From assembly GCF_009914755.1 (NCBI RefSeq), contig NC_060945.1: 64,000 nucleotides of DNA; one strand, 5' to 3'. Positions 13,679 through 26,109 of the stretch are shown here, piece after piece. Source of the stretch: the human T2T-CHM13v2.0 reference genome, Homo sapiens. The notes beneath the pieces are model-generated. The model was given only the letters and a program-made list of their open reading frames with translations. It did no database searches and had not been told where the DNA came from. Numbering within the stretch: position 1 is the stretch's first letter; the number at the start of each line of letters is the position of its first letter. Made by a program: the position numbers and the translations under genes.

Positions 13679-14813
13679 GCACCCCCAAAGCAACCAACCA
13701 ATCCAAGAAAAAATACATCTCAGGGTTCTGTTGGTCCTCTTGCATGGGCGGCCCTGCCCCCCTGTTCTGGCCTGGCTCAAGCACCCTCCACCCTACCCCA
13801 GCCTGCTGGAAGGAGCTCTGTCTACCAGAGCAGAGGGCTCCCTCTCCCAGGCTCTATCACTCTGGCTCTCTAGCTCTCTCACCCTCTCTCTATTTCTCTT
13901 ATTTCCCCTCCATCTCATGCTCTTTCTGTCACTCTCTCTCTCTCCTTCCTGTCTCTCTCTATATCGTGGTCTCTCTCCCTCAGTTTCTATCTCTCCATCC
14001 TCTTTCCCTTGCTCTCCTTCAAGCTGTATCTTTGTGTATCTGTGTGTGTCTGTGTCTGTGTGCCCGCGCGCATGCACCCATGTGTGTCTGTGGGTGTGGG
14101 TTTGCTCGTGGTGGTGAGGTGTGTCTGGCTGTCCATCAGCCTCTCTCTCCTGGGATCAGTCTGCCAGCTCTAGTGGCAGCGCCGGGCAAAGCAGCTCCTC
14201 CCACTCACTTGGCCACGGGCCATGTCCTTGTCGGGACAAGCGACGCTGTTAGTGACATTGTGAGAGAAAGGGCTCGTAGGGCTAGGGCGGCTGTTCACCC
14301 CTGGGCAGCCCTGGTAGCTCTGGGTGGGTGAGGAAAGAGGGGGCCTTGCAGGTGGGGCGGCAAGGGAACCAAAACAATCCCTCGGGCGGCAAGGAGGAGG
14401 ACAGGAGGGTATCCCAGGACCGTGGGCCCAGGGCCCTGAGGGCTGGGAGCACAAACTGTCCTGAGCAGGCGCGATGTGGTGGAAGCTTGGGAGCTCAGGA
14501 GCCTGGGGAAGGCCTGGAGCGTCGGAAGAATGGAGGCCACCCAGAGAGCCCGAAGTCTGGGCAGGGGATGGAAACCTCTGGCGTCCCCACTCAACAGCAG
14601 GGTGCCACCACGGCGGTCCGGTGCATGGCCTCAGCAGCGATGGCGGGAGGCTCTTGGAGGCCGGCGGAAGGTCCAGCGCGGAGACCCACAGTGCTGGGGC
14701 GTGGAGGGGGAGAGCAGCCCAGCAGCGGGCGAGTGGCTCAGAGGTGACCGATCGGAGCCCCGCGGCCCTGGAGTGGCGGTGATGCCTGGAGCCAGGCGGG
14801 CGTGGCCGGGCCC

Positions 14814-14825
14814 GGCTCTTGTGTC
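14814..14825 (+). promoter_or_regulatory. Degenerate 5S D-box at -32..-21
   Basis: GGCTCTTGTGTC versus the mammalian D-box GGCTCTTGGGGC, at exactly the canonical offset from 5S +1. Confidence 0.8.
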
Positions 14826-14845
14826 AGCCAGGTATCACTGCCGCT

Positions 14846-14963
14846 GTCTAAGGCCTTACCGCCCTGAAGACGCCTGCTCTCCTCTGGTCTGTGAAGCTAC
14901 GCAGGGTGGGGCTTGTTTCAGTTTGAGGGAGACCGCGTGGGACTACTGGACGCTGTGGGCTTT
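14846..14963 (+). pseudogene. 5S rRNA pseudogene (near full length, diverged)
   Basis: GTCTAAGGCCTTACCGCCCTGAA..GAAGCTACGCAGGGT..GGGAGACCGCGTGGGACTACTGGACGCTGTGGGCTTTT aligns end to end with 5S (GTCTACGGCCATACCACCCTGAA..GCTGTAGGCTTT). Boxes A and C are mutated. Confidence 0.9.
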
Positions 14964-15499
14964 TGGCTTCCCGCTCTCTCCCTCTTTCCCCCTTTTGTTG
15001 CTCTGCCTCCCAACCACCCCCTGACTCTGCTACCCCTTTTCCGGCTGCCTGAGTCCCCATCGCAACCCAGGACCTCCTCGTGGGGGTCCACCGCTGCAGT
15101 ACCGCCAGGCAGCAGCATCCCACCTCTTCCGCCTTGCTGCAGCTCCACCAGGTCCCCGGCTCTAGCCAGGCCGGGGCAGGCCAGGACCAGACCCCCAAAG
15201 GCACAGGCCCAGGTTCCCTGCCATCCTGATTATCTTCCTGCTCCAGGAACGCCCACGTAATTCAATTCACTCATCTGGCGCCGCCGCAAACATCCAAGCC
15301 TGGGGAAGTTGCGGGCAGGGGCAGAGGGTCCCACAGATGCCAGCCAAGAGCTCCTCCAGAACGCACGGGCTGCTTTTTCCAGGGAAGGACATTGCCTTTG
15401 CCAGCTACCAGGAAAACGTCCTTGTGAACCCGGATTCCCATTGCTACCGACTTCGTGTAAACTCCCGTCCCGAGGACACGAGAGAGACTCAGGCCTCAG

Positions 15500-18460
15500 G
15501 CGAGGATTCCCTGGATTGCACCCAGGGTGCGTGTCTCGCCCACAGGAGCACCCCAAAGCGGCAAGAAGACACCGGGTGATGGGAACAGAAAGCCTGGCTT
15601 TGAAGAGGACGTTGAGGCAGTCCGTGGAAAAACTTCCCAGGGATGACAGTGCCTTCCCGACAGACCCTGCGGCAGAATGGGAGGGGGAGCGTGGAGTCCC
15701 TGTCTTGCACCCAGGGTGCTTGTCTCGCCCTCAGGGGGCACCCCATAGCGGCAAGAATTCCCCCAGAGAAAGGTAACAGGATGCCCCGCTTGAAAGACAT
15801 GCACCCTGGGTGCAAGCCAGGGACTCCACGACCACCCCGGGCCCGGCACAGAGACTGCAGGGAAGGCACTGTTTTTCGTGGGATTTCCCGCACCCCCCCC
15901 CCCGGACTGCCTCAACATCCCCTTTCAAGCCTGACATCCTGTTCCCTTCCACCAGGGGACATCTTGCCGCTTTGGGGTGCCCGTCGTGGGTGCGACTCGC
16001 ACCCTGGGTACAAGCCAGAGACTCCACGACCACCCCGGGCCCTCCGCAGGGGCTGCCGGGAAGGCACTGTCGTCCGTGGGAGGGCCTGGCCCGCCACTTC
16101 TTCCCCCGTGCTGCCTCAACATCACCTTTCAAGCCTGGCGTCCTGTTCCCTTCCCCTGGAGGTCTTCGTGCCCCTTTGGGGTGCCCCCCGTGGGCGAGAT
16201 ACGCATCCTGGGTGCAAGCCAGGGACTCCATGAAACCCTCGGGCCCAGGGCAGGGGCTGCCAGGAAGGCACTGTCGTCCGTGGGAGAACCCCAGCGTTGA
16301 TGTTGTTTTCCCCGGGCTGCCTCAATGTCCCCCTTCAAACCTGAAGTGCTGTCTCCTTCCCCCGGGGGCCTACTTGCCGCTTTGGGGCGCACCCCGTGGG
16401 AGAGACACGCACCCTGGGTGCAAGCCAGGGACTCCCCGACGCCCCGGGCCTGGCGCAGGGGCTGCCGGGAAGGCACTGTCCTCCGTGGGAGGAACCCGGC
16501 TCGCCACTTTTTCCCCCGTGCTGCCTCAACATCACCTTTCAAGCCTGGCGTCCTGTTCTCTTCCCTTGGAAGACTTCTTGCCACTTTGGGGTGCCCCCAT
16601 GGGCACAACACGCACCCCGAGTGCAAGCCAGGGAATCAACAACCCCCCCATGCCCAGCAAAGGGGCTGCCAGGAAGGCTCTATCATCCAGGGGAAGTTTT
16701 TTCCCGGACTCCCTCAAAGTCCGCTTTCAAGCCCTGCGTCCTGTTTCCTTCCCCCGGAGCTTTCTTGCCACTTTGGGGTGCCCCCATGGGCGCGATCGGC
16801 ACCCTGGGTGCAGGCCAGGGACTCCACGACAACCCCGGGCCCGGCGCAGGGGCTGCTGGAAAGGCACTGTGGTCCGTGGGACGACCGCGGCCCACTGCTT
16901 TCTTTCCCGTGCTGCCTCAACATCCCCTTTCAGGCCTGGCATCCTCTTCCCTTCCCCCGGAGGCCTTCTTGGCGCTTTGGGGTGCTCCCCGTGGGCGCCA
17001 CACGCACCCTGGGTGCAAGCCAGCGACTCCACAACCCCATTGGGCAGGGCGAGAGGCTGCCGGGAAGGCACTGTCGTTCGAAGGACCTGCCTCGCTACCT
17101 TTTACCCCGGGCTGCCTCAACGTCCCCTTTTAAGCCTAACGTCTTGTCCCCTTCCCCCGAGGACCTTCATGCCGCTTTGGGGTGACTCCTGTGGGCGAGA
17201 CATGCATTCTGAGTACAAGCCAGGGACTCCACAACACCGCCGGGCCCGGCCCAGGAGCTGCCAGGAAGGCACTGTCATCCGTGGGACCACCCCAGCCGCG
17301 CTGCTTTTTTTCCCCCGGCTACCTAAACGTCCCTGTTCAAGCCTGGCGTCCTGTTGCTTTCCCACGGAGGACTTCTTGCCGCTTTGGGGTGCCCCCTGTG
17401 GGCGAGATACGCACACTGTGTGCAAGACAAGGACTCCAGGACCCTCCCGGGCCCAGAATAGGGGGCTGCAGGGAAGGCACTGTCGTCCGTGAGAGGACGC
17501 CAGCCTTGCCCCTTTTTTCCCCGGGCTGCCTCAGCATCCCCTTTCAAGTCTGGCATCCTGTTCTTTTCCCCTGGGGGCTTTCTTGCAGCTTTGGGGTGCC
17601 ACCTGTGGGCGAGGCACGCACCCAGGGTGCAAGCCAGGGTCTCCAAGACCCCCTGGGGCCAGGCGCAGGGGCTGCCGGGAAGTCACTGTCCTCCGTGGAA
17701 AGTTTTTCCCTGGACTGCCTCAAAGTCCCCTTTCAAGCCTGGCGTCCTGTTCCACTCCCCCGGAGCCCTTCTTGCCGCATTGGGGTGCGCTTTTAGGTGA
17801 GACACGCACTGCGTGCAAGACAGGGACTCCACGACCCCCCCTCCCCCTGGGCCAGGCGCAGGTGTCGTCCATGGGAAGTTTTTCCCTGGAATGCCTCAAC
17901 ATCCCCTTTCAAGCCTGGCGTCCTGTTCCCTTCCCCTGGGGGCCTTCAAGCCTGGCGCTCTGTTCTCATTCCCCAGGAGTCTTCTTGCCGCTTTGAGGTG
18001 CCCCCCCCATGGGCGTGACACGTACCCTGAGTGCAAGCCAGGGACTCCACGAACCCACGGGCCCAACACAGGGGCTGCAGGGAAGGCACTGTCATCCGTT
18101 GGACGACCCTGGCCCGCCCCCTTTTTTTTTTCCGTGCTGCCTCAACGTCCCCTATCAAGACTGGCGTCCTGTTCCCTTACCCCGGAGGACTTCTTGCCGC
18201 TTTGGGGTGTCCCCCATGGACGTGACACGCACCCTGGGTGCAAGTCAGGGACTCCACGGCTTCGCAAAGCCCGGCCCAGGGTCTGCTGGCAGGCACTGTT
18301 TTCCTTGGGAAGTTTTTTCCCCGGACTGCCTCAACGTCTCCTTTAAAACCTGGCCTCCTGTTCCCTTCCCCCGGGGGTCTTCTTGCCGCTTTCTGGTGCC
18401 CCTAGTGGGGGCGACACACACCCTGGGTGTAAGCCAGGGACTCCACGGCCCCCCGCGGCT
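15500..18460. repeat. GC-rich ~200-bp satellite array (gamma-satellite/GSATII-like), ~15 monomers
   Basis: Anchor GCACCCTGGGTGCAAGCCAGGGACTCC at 15801, 15999, 16203, 16409, 16612, 16799, 17004, 17204, 17411, 17618, 17806, 18022, 18229, 18418. Inverted anchors at 15518 and 15707. The array is certain; the family name is from memory. Confidence 0.8.
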
Positions 18461-18479
18461 TCTGTCCTTGTTTATGGTA

Positions 18480-19877
18480 AAAGTAGGGAACTCTGCTTAT
18501 GCACATCAACGGAATCATTATTATACGCAGAGGCCTTGGACTGGGGCATTTTGTACCCCATTGGCTCACCTTTCGTTTTACCAGAGAAGGCTTTCTTACT
18601 GAGTTTTGGTCACACTCCTTCCCCGCCCGTTGCCCCTCGTTGTGCCTGAAGATTCGCTCATGAACGCCTGAGGAAGAAAGTGGTCTGCCTTACGACCAAA
18701 AGCCTGTGGCAAATTTTGAGTGCTTTCCATCAGGGCCGTTGCCTGGTGTGCATGCACTCACCCCTAAAGTCCCTCCCTTTATCCACCTTTCTCTCTGGGG
18801 CAAAAGTCCTCCCCGAGGCCCATACACCACGGTAGTACACAGAATCTTACCACAATCACTCCGGGGACTTGCGCGCACTTGGCAGAGTGGAGCAAGGGAC
18901 TTGCGCTGGACAGACAAGGCAGCATCTCTTATAGAGTGGGAGGGGCCTGCCTCACTCATCCGCCTCTCCCCATCCAAGGACCTCTTCAGGAAGCACTGGC
19001 AAACACCGTGGTGGCTGTTGTAGCAGAGGGCATGGGGTTGGCACAACCCGCCACCGTTTGTCTCGGGCACGTGGGGGCAATCTGGAGCACTCCTGGATCA
19101 CCACAAAGGCCCAGGTGGTGCCAACCCTCTCGTATCCCAGAAAGGGCAGCATGATGTTTTGTAGGGACAGTCCCCCATGGCCGCAGAGAGGTGCCGGGTC
19201 CACCCCCAAGGCAACAACCACAGGAAGCCAGAGCAAAGGTGCCTGCTGTGTCAGAGGACCCCACCAATCTTCTCAAAGCCATGAGGCACAAGGCATGAGG
19301 GCAGCGAGGTCACGCCAAATTCCCTGCCCCATGCCTCCCAACACACTACCCACGAGCGGGGAGGACAGACGAGGGGCCCCGCGAGCAGAATGAGAAGAAC
19401 GGTTCCATTCACCATGAATTTCCATCCTTTGCTCCTCGTGGCTTAGTCCCGACCTGGGAGAGCGTGACATCACATTGATCATGAAAAGCCCCATAGCGGG
19501 GCGGTGGTTGAGTGAGGGTCTTTCTTGACGAAGCTGATGATCATAACAGCCCAGCCAGCCTCGCTCCGGGATAGGGACAGCAGACAATTTAAGGAAGAGA
19601 ATGGCTGACGTGCACAGCACAAAGCCAACAGGATGGGGTTGTTCTGACCACCCCGTGTGCCCGCAGCAGGGAGCACACGGGTCAGAGGAGCCCATGCTGC
19701 CTTCCCCACCAGGGTCAAAGGCCCAGAGACAGTTATGACACTACGATGCATGAGAGCAGGCACACAGGTCCCAGCAATCAGCTCAAGCTGGGGCAGGGCC
19801 GGTTAGCCGGGTTACTGCTATACCAGAGCTTCACATGCATCTAGAGGCCCAATCTAATCGCCAGACAGCATGTCAGC
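18480..19877 (-). pseudogene. Fossil 45S pre-rRNA 5'ETS (first ~1.4 kb)
   Basis: Minus strand starts GCTGACATGCTGTC (45S +1 is GCTGACACGCTGTC). It has an A'/01-site-like GATCAATGTGATG block (~19465-19480) and an A0-region-like GGAGTGTGACC..AGAAAGCCTTCTCT (~18580-18620). Confidence 0.88.
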
Positions 19878-20060
19878 AACAATCTGGTGGCCCAAAATGC
19901 CAACTCGGAGTGAAAGATATACCTCGCCTGGGGGCGGGGTGTCAAGTCACTGACCACACCACCGGCCCAGAAATGCGCGACCTGGACATCTGTCCTCAAA
20001 AAGGCCACCATGGCAGCCAGATATGGAACACCCAGGCCTTCTGTGGACCCCGGGACACAC
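19860..20060 (-). promoter_or_regulatory. Fossil RNA polymerase I (45S) promoter: core, UCE, decayed T0 site; +1 at 19877
   Basis: Minus strand GAGGTATATCTTTCACTCCGAGTTGGCATTTTGGGCCACCAGATTGTT|GCTGAC versus human GAGGTATATCTTTCGCTCCGAGTCGGCATTTTGGGCCGCCGGGTTATT|GCTGAC. UCE-like GGCTGCCATGGTGGCCTTTTTGAGGACAGATGTCC. T0-like GGGGTCCACAG. Confidence 0.9.
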
Positions 20061-20879
20061 ACAGGAGCAGCAGAGGGTCAGGGACACCCTCCCGGCCACC
20101 CGTGCAATGCAGGGGCTGGCCCATTTCTCCAGAGCGAGACTCGGAGTCATTTTCAGCCGGTCCCTCGCATGACTGGATCACATGAGGGACCCAAGCCCGG
20201 CCAGCTGCCACCTCTCGGACCACATGCGTGCTCAGGGACCGCTCTCCAACTCCGCATGGGGACTTGGAAAAAAAGATCAGGGCAGAGGGACTGGGGCCGG
20301 GCCCGGTGACCGCTCCTCGGCAACCAAAGGACAGTAAAGGACGGTCCCTGACTCCCCCGGGGACTTGGAAAATAATTCGGCAGGTGCCTCAGACGTCCAG
20401 GACCTGTACTGGCCTGCCACCAGGCTGGGAAGTTCGTCCCCAGCCACCCGCAAAATGCCCAATACGTCCCCGCGGGTCTTGGGTCAAGCCTTGGGAGTTG
20501 GGGGCGTGCTGTTTGACCAGCCAGGGCAGCCCCACACTGCCATTGAGCAGGGAAGCGCGGCGACAGCCTCCCCCCACAAGCCCTGCACGCCCGAGCTCTG
20601 ACTCACAAGTGACGCGCCAGAGCTCCAGATGGCAGGGCAGCCCATGACTGGGAAACCGAAACCATGAGTGGAAGTCTTTTGAAGGCCCAAAACGCAGCAC
20701 CTCCTCCCCAACTTCACAGAAACCGTTCCCCAACGTGTCTCTGCATAGGCTGCAACAGAGTCAAAAGACAACTTGTGGCACGTGGGAGTTTGAAGATGCA
20801 TCTCAGAAGGAGAAAGAAGAAACGGGACTTGGTCGCGGATCGGTTAGGACACAGGGAGATACAGAATGAGGAGAGTCTT

Positions 20880-21250
20880 CTAGAATCCAGACAAAGACAG
20901 ACAGAGGAAGGGAGGGAGAAAGGAAATGGAGAAAAGAGACAGACAGAGGAAGGGAAGGAGGGAGGGAAAGGAGCAGCGAGGGAGGAAGTGAGGAAGGAAA
21001 TGAGAAACAGAGAGAGACAGAATTTTAAAAATCTAGAGAAAGAAGTATAAAGAAAGAGAGAAAGAGACATAGAAAGGGAAGAAAGATGAAAGAGATAAAG
21101 AATAAGGAAAGAAATAGAGGAAAGCCAGGAGGAAAAAACAAAGGAAAGAAAAAAGAAAGAAGAAAAAAGAAAAAGAATAAAAGGCAGAAAGAAGAAAGGA
21201 AAGAAAGGAAAGGAAGGAAGAAGAAAGGAAGGAAGGAAGGAAGGAAGGAA

Positions 21251-21296
<46 letters not shown>

Positions 21297-21320
21297 AAAG
21301 AGGAGAAAATAACAAAGAGG
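20880..21320 (+). repeat. Polypurine (GAAA/GGAA)n tract; CT-rich on the rDNA sense strand
   Basis: Nearly pure A/G sequence with perfect (GGAA)n and (GAAA)n runs. A second such tract lies at ~21990-22190. Confidence 0.95.
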
Positions 21321-21322
21321 AC

Positions 21323-21620
21323 AGGGCATGGTGACTCACATCTATAATCCCAACACTTTGCAAGGTTAGTTGGGAGAATCACCTGAGCCCAGGAGTTTGA
21401 GACCAGCTCTGGCAACATAGCGAGACCTTGTCTCACTTAAAGAAAAAAAAAAAGAAAAAAAAAGTTAGCCGGGCACGATGGCATGCGTCTGTAGTCACAG
21501 CTCCTCGAAAGGCTGAGATAAGACCATCTCTTGGACTCGGAAGGTCAAGGCTGTGGTGAGCCAGGGTCAGGCCAATGCACTGCAGCCCGGGTGACAGAGC
21601 GAGACTTCGTCTGAAAAAAC
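21323..21620 (+). mobile_element. AluJ-like element
   Basis: Diverged dimeric Alu. Confidence 0.88.
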
Positions 21621-21720
21621 TTGAACGAATAAAGATTGCGAGTCCTGCAAGAAAAAGATATAAAGGAAATGAAGAAGGAGGTCGCGTTCTGAAAGGAAAA
21701 ATATTTTAAAAAGAAACAAT

Positions 21721-22182
<462 letters not shown>

Positions 22183-23176
22183 CTAAAAAAATAGTAAGGC
22201 CCAGGGCGGGGCTATGATGCACTTTCCACTTTACCAATATGCTGGCCAGGGAAAGAAAAATGTTAAACATAACGTAACGGTAAAAAGTGACTATGGCGGC
22301 TTAGCCAGGGTGGTTGAGTTTCCCTAGGGAGGGAGGGAGAGAGGAAGAGGAAACTGTCAGCGTCGAAGGAGAGAAACCGAGGTGAGGGGGAGGGGACAAA
22401 ATAGGAGGGGGAAGGGATGGAGGCACAGTAGTTCACTCTGGAATGTTTTCTAGCCTGGGGTGGATGGGGAGACACGGAGGGCAACTCAGGAAACAAGCTG
22501 ACTCCAGAAATGACACCGAATTCATAGTGCTGCCATCGCTGCCTTGAAAGGTGTGCACTGCATAATAACCTCCTTCGGTCGTTTAGTCCCACAGGCTTGA
22601 CATCTACCTGCTTTCACAATATCTGGGGAGAATCAGAAAAGTCCCTACTAACGAAAAGGCCTAGGGTGGAGCTGCCATCTGTAAAACCCAGGCAGAAGAG
22701 TCCACGCGGGTTAAACACACAAATAAAGAAAAGGAAACAACTGATCAAAAGAGCAACAATCTGGCCCAACCAGAATCTCCAGAGGTTTTCTGGGCAATGA
22801 AGGAGTGGGAAACAGAGGGACGGAGGTAGAGCGGGCCTCAGAGAGCGGGGTGGGGGCGGGGGGAGCGGAGAGAAGCCACGCTCCTTCCGTACCGTGGGCG
22901 GGCGGCCAGAGCGTCCTGTGCGCCGCCTAGACTTCAAAAACGTTGACCGCTAGATGACGACCGATGACAACGCATGGAAGTGTCAGCCCGGCACCCTCCC
23001 AGGAGCTCCCAACAACTAATCGACCAGAGCCCCTGCGGGGGAAGAAGCACCGTGGCTCGGGAAAACATGGAGAAACATGCGCCTAAGCATGTACACACGT
23101 GCACGCCATATCCCACAATATAGACGAGTTTATACCGTGATAGTGAGAGAATCCATTTCTAGTAACAAAAGCAGCA

Positions 23177-23472
23177 GGCTGGGCGCGGCGGCCCACGCCC
23201 GTCACCCCAGCAATCTGGGAGGCCAAGGCGGGCAGACCACCTGAGGTCAAGAGTTCCAAACCAGCCTGGTCAACACAGCGAAATCCCGTCTCTAAGAAAA
23301 ATGCAAAAATTAGCCGGGGTGGTGGTGGGTTCCTTTAATCCCAACTCCTGGGGCGCGAGAATCACTTGAACTCGGGAGGTGGAGGTTGCAGTGAGCTGAG
23401 ATCTAACCACCACACTCCAGCCTGGGCAACAGAGGAAGACTCCGTCTCAAAAAAAAAAAAAAAAAAAAAAAA
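23177..23472 (+). mobile_element. AluS-like element
   Basis: GGCTGGGCGCGG.. through to the A-tail. Confidence 0.93.
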
Positions 23473-23489
23473 GAGTCAATCGCTTCCAT

Positions 23490-23704
23490 CTTTAGACGAA
23501 TACACTCTTACGCTTAGACAGATAGCTTGGAAGGTACATAAGCTTTATAAACATTTGTAATTTTGAGTCAGTCTGGCGATATTTCCAGGCCTTCTCCCTG
23601 TAAGTGGTCACAGAAATAAAAACTCCCTCCTTTTTCAGTTCATCTGCATCTCGTTATCAGGCCGCGAGAATAAGCAGCCTGACCCTCAGTTTGGTCCGGG
23701 AACA
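23490..23704 (+). mobile_element. ERV1 LTR 3' fragment (LTR10-like)
   Basis: AGAAATAAAAACTC..CAGTTCATCTGCATCTCGTTAT..TTTGGTCCGGGAACA, recalled as the LTR10 terminus. Confidence 0.65.
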
Positions 23705-24429
23705 ATTAAACTCCAGCCCGGGTGACAGAGGGATATTTTGCCTCAGAAAAGAAACAAGAAAACAATAAAAAAAAAAAATGAAGATATTAGCCGGGCGTTG
23801 TGCTGTGTTGTGGCTCGCGCCCGCGCCTGTAGGCCCAGCTACTCGGGAGGCTGAGGCAGAGGAAGATCGCTTTAAGCCCAGCAGTTCAAGGTCACAGTGA
23901 GCTATGATCCTACCACTGCACTCCAGCCTCGGTGACACAGGAAGACTCCGTCTCTAAAAAATACATGAATGAATGAATAGATGAATGTAAAAAAAAAAAA
24001 ATGCAAGGAGGTGGCAGAGCACGGGAAGGCTCCACTCGTTCCTAAAGACCAGAGCAGAAAAACAGGACCATCCGTTTGAGATATATGCTATTCCGAATCA
24101 CAGTGGAGGCCTTGAGGATTTCGGAGCAAGGCCCTGCCATTATCTGCAGATAACCATTCTTCTTTGGAGCCACAGGCTATCTCAGCTAGCCTCTGGCAGT
24201 TGGTAGAAACCAAACGCCCAACCGTGGGGCCACGAAGTTATCGTGTGAGCTCAGCCACTCATCACACACTGGGCGTAAGTGGGTGTGCACAGCAGCACTC
24301 CGGGGTGACACGCAAGGGCTGTGGACCGGATTGGGTCCAAACAGATCCTGAAGCGCAAGTAAGTTCCACGAGAAAGTGGCCCAAATGCCCATGGTACCCA
24401 GTCAAGAAATGAGCTAAGAAATTACACAT

Positions 24430-25332
<903 letters not shown>

Positions 25333-25509
25333 GAAAGTACACATAGAAATTACACATAGCCAAGTGCAGTGGCTCACGCCTGTAATCTCAGCACTTTGGG
25401 AGGCTGAGACAGGTGGATCACTTTGTAGCATCATTGCTGCCTCGAAAGGACAGAGGCGTGTGTTTATGTCACTATTGGTTTTATTTTTTTCTTTTTTCCT
25501 GGAAACTCA

Positions 25510-25526
25510 TTTATTATTATTATTAT

Positions 25527-25558
<32 letters not shown>

Positions 25559-26109
25559 TTTTGGATACGGAGTTTCACTCTTCTTGCCCAGGCTGGAGAG
25601 TAATGGTGCAATCTCGGCTCACCGCAACCTCTGTCTCACGGATTCAAGGATTACAGGCAAGTGCTGCCATGCCCAGCTAACTTGGTATTTTTAGTACAGA
25701 TAGGGTTTCTCCATGTTGGTCAGGCTGGTCTCGAACTCCCAACCTCAGGTGATTCCCCCGCATCAGCCTCTGTAAGTGCCAGGATTACATGCATGAGCCA
25801 ACGCGCCTGGCCTCTTTGGTTTTGTTTTGTTTTGTTTTTGAGATGGAGTCTCACTCTGTCACCCAGGCTGGAGTGCAGTGGTGCTATCTCAGCTCACGGC
25901 AACCTTCACCTCCCGGGTTCAAGCAATTCTCCTGCCTCAACCTCCTGAGTAGCTGAGATTACAGGCGCGCCTGGCTAATTTTTTGTATTTTTAGTAGAGG
26001 GAGGTTTTCACCATACTGGCCAGGCTGGACTTGGACTCCTGACCTCATGATCTGCCCGCCTCTGCCTCCCAAAGTGCTGGGATTACAGGTGTGAGCCACC
26101 ACACCTGGC
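25510..26109 (-). mobile_element. Two tandem Alus; the first has a (TTA)n(GTA)n tail
   Basis: Reverse Alu consensus twice (~25510-25810 and ~25814-26109). Confidence 0.92.

Larger units (their letters stand above)
13690..15495 (+). repeat. Single diverged SST1/NBL2-like (5S-rDNA-unit-like) macrosatellite monomer
   Basis: GAGCTC site (~13813), then a CT-rich tract, a GT-rich tract and GC-rich sequence, with an embedded 5S copy. Architecture and motifs recalled from SST1 and 5S repeat units. Confidence 0.65.

Noticed and set aside
14846-14963. Functional 5S gene
   Set aside because: Many substitutions and a small deletion hit the internal control region (boxes A and C) and the helices.
15810-17492. 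560-aa ORF and many overlapping ORFs
   Set aside because: It lies wholly inside GC-rich satellite, starts at GTG, and its frame drifts between monomers. This is a composition artefact.
15500-18460. CRISPR-like look (palindromic anchor at regular spacing)
   Set aside because: The sequences between anchors are homologous to each other rather than unique spacers, the period is ~200 bp, there are no cas genes, and the DNA is primate.
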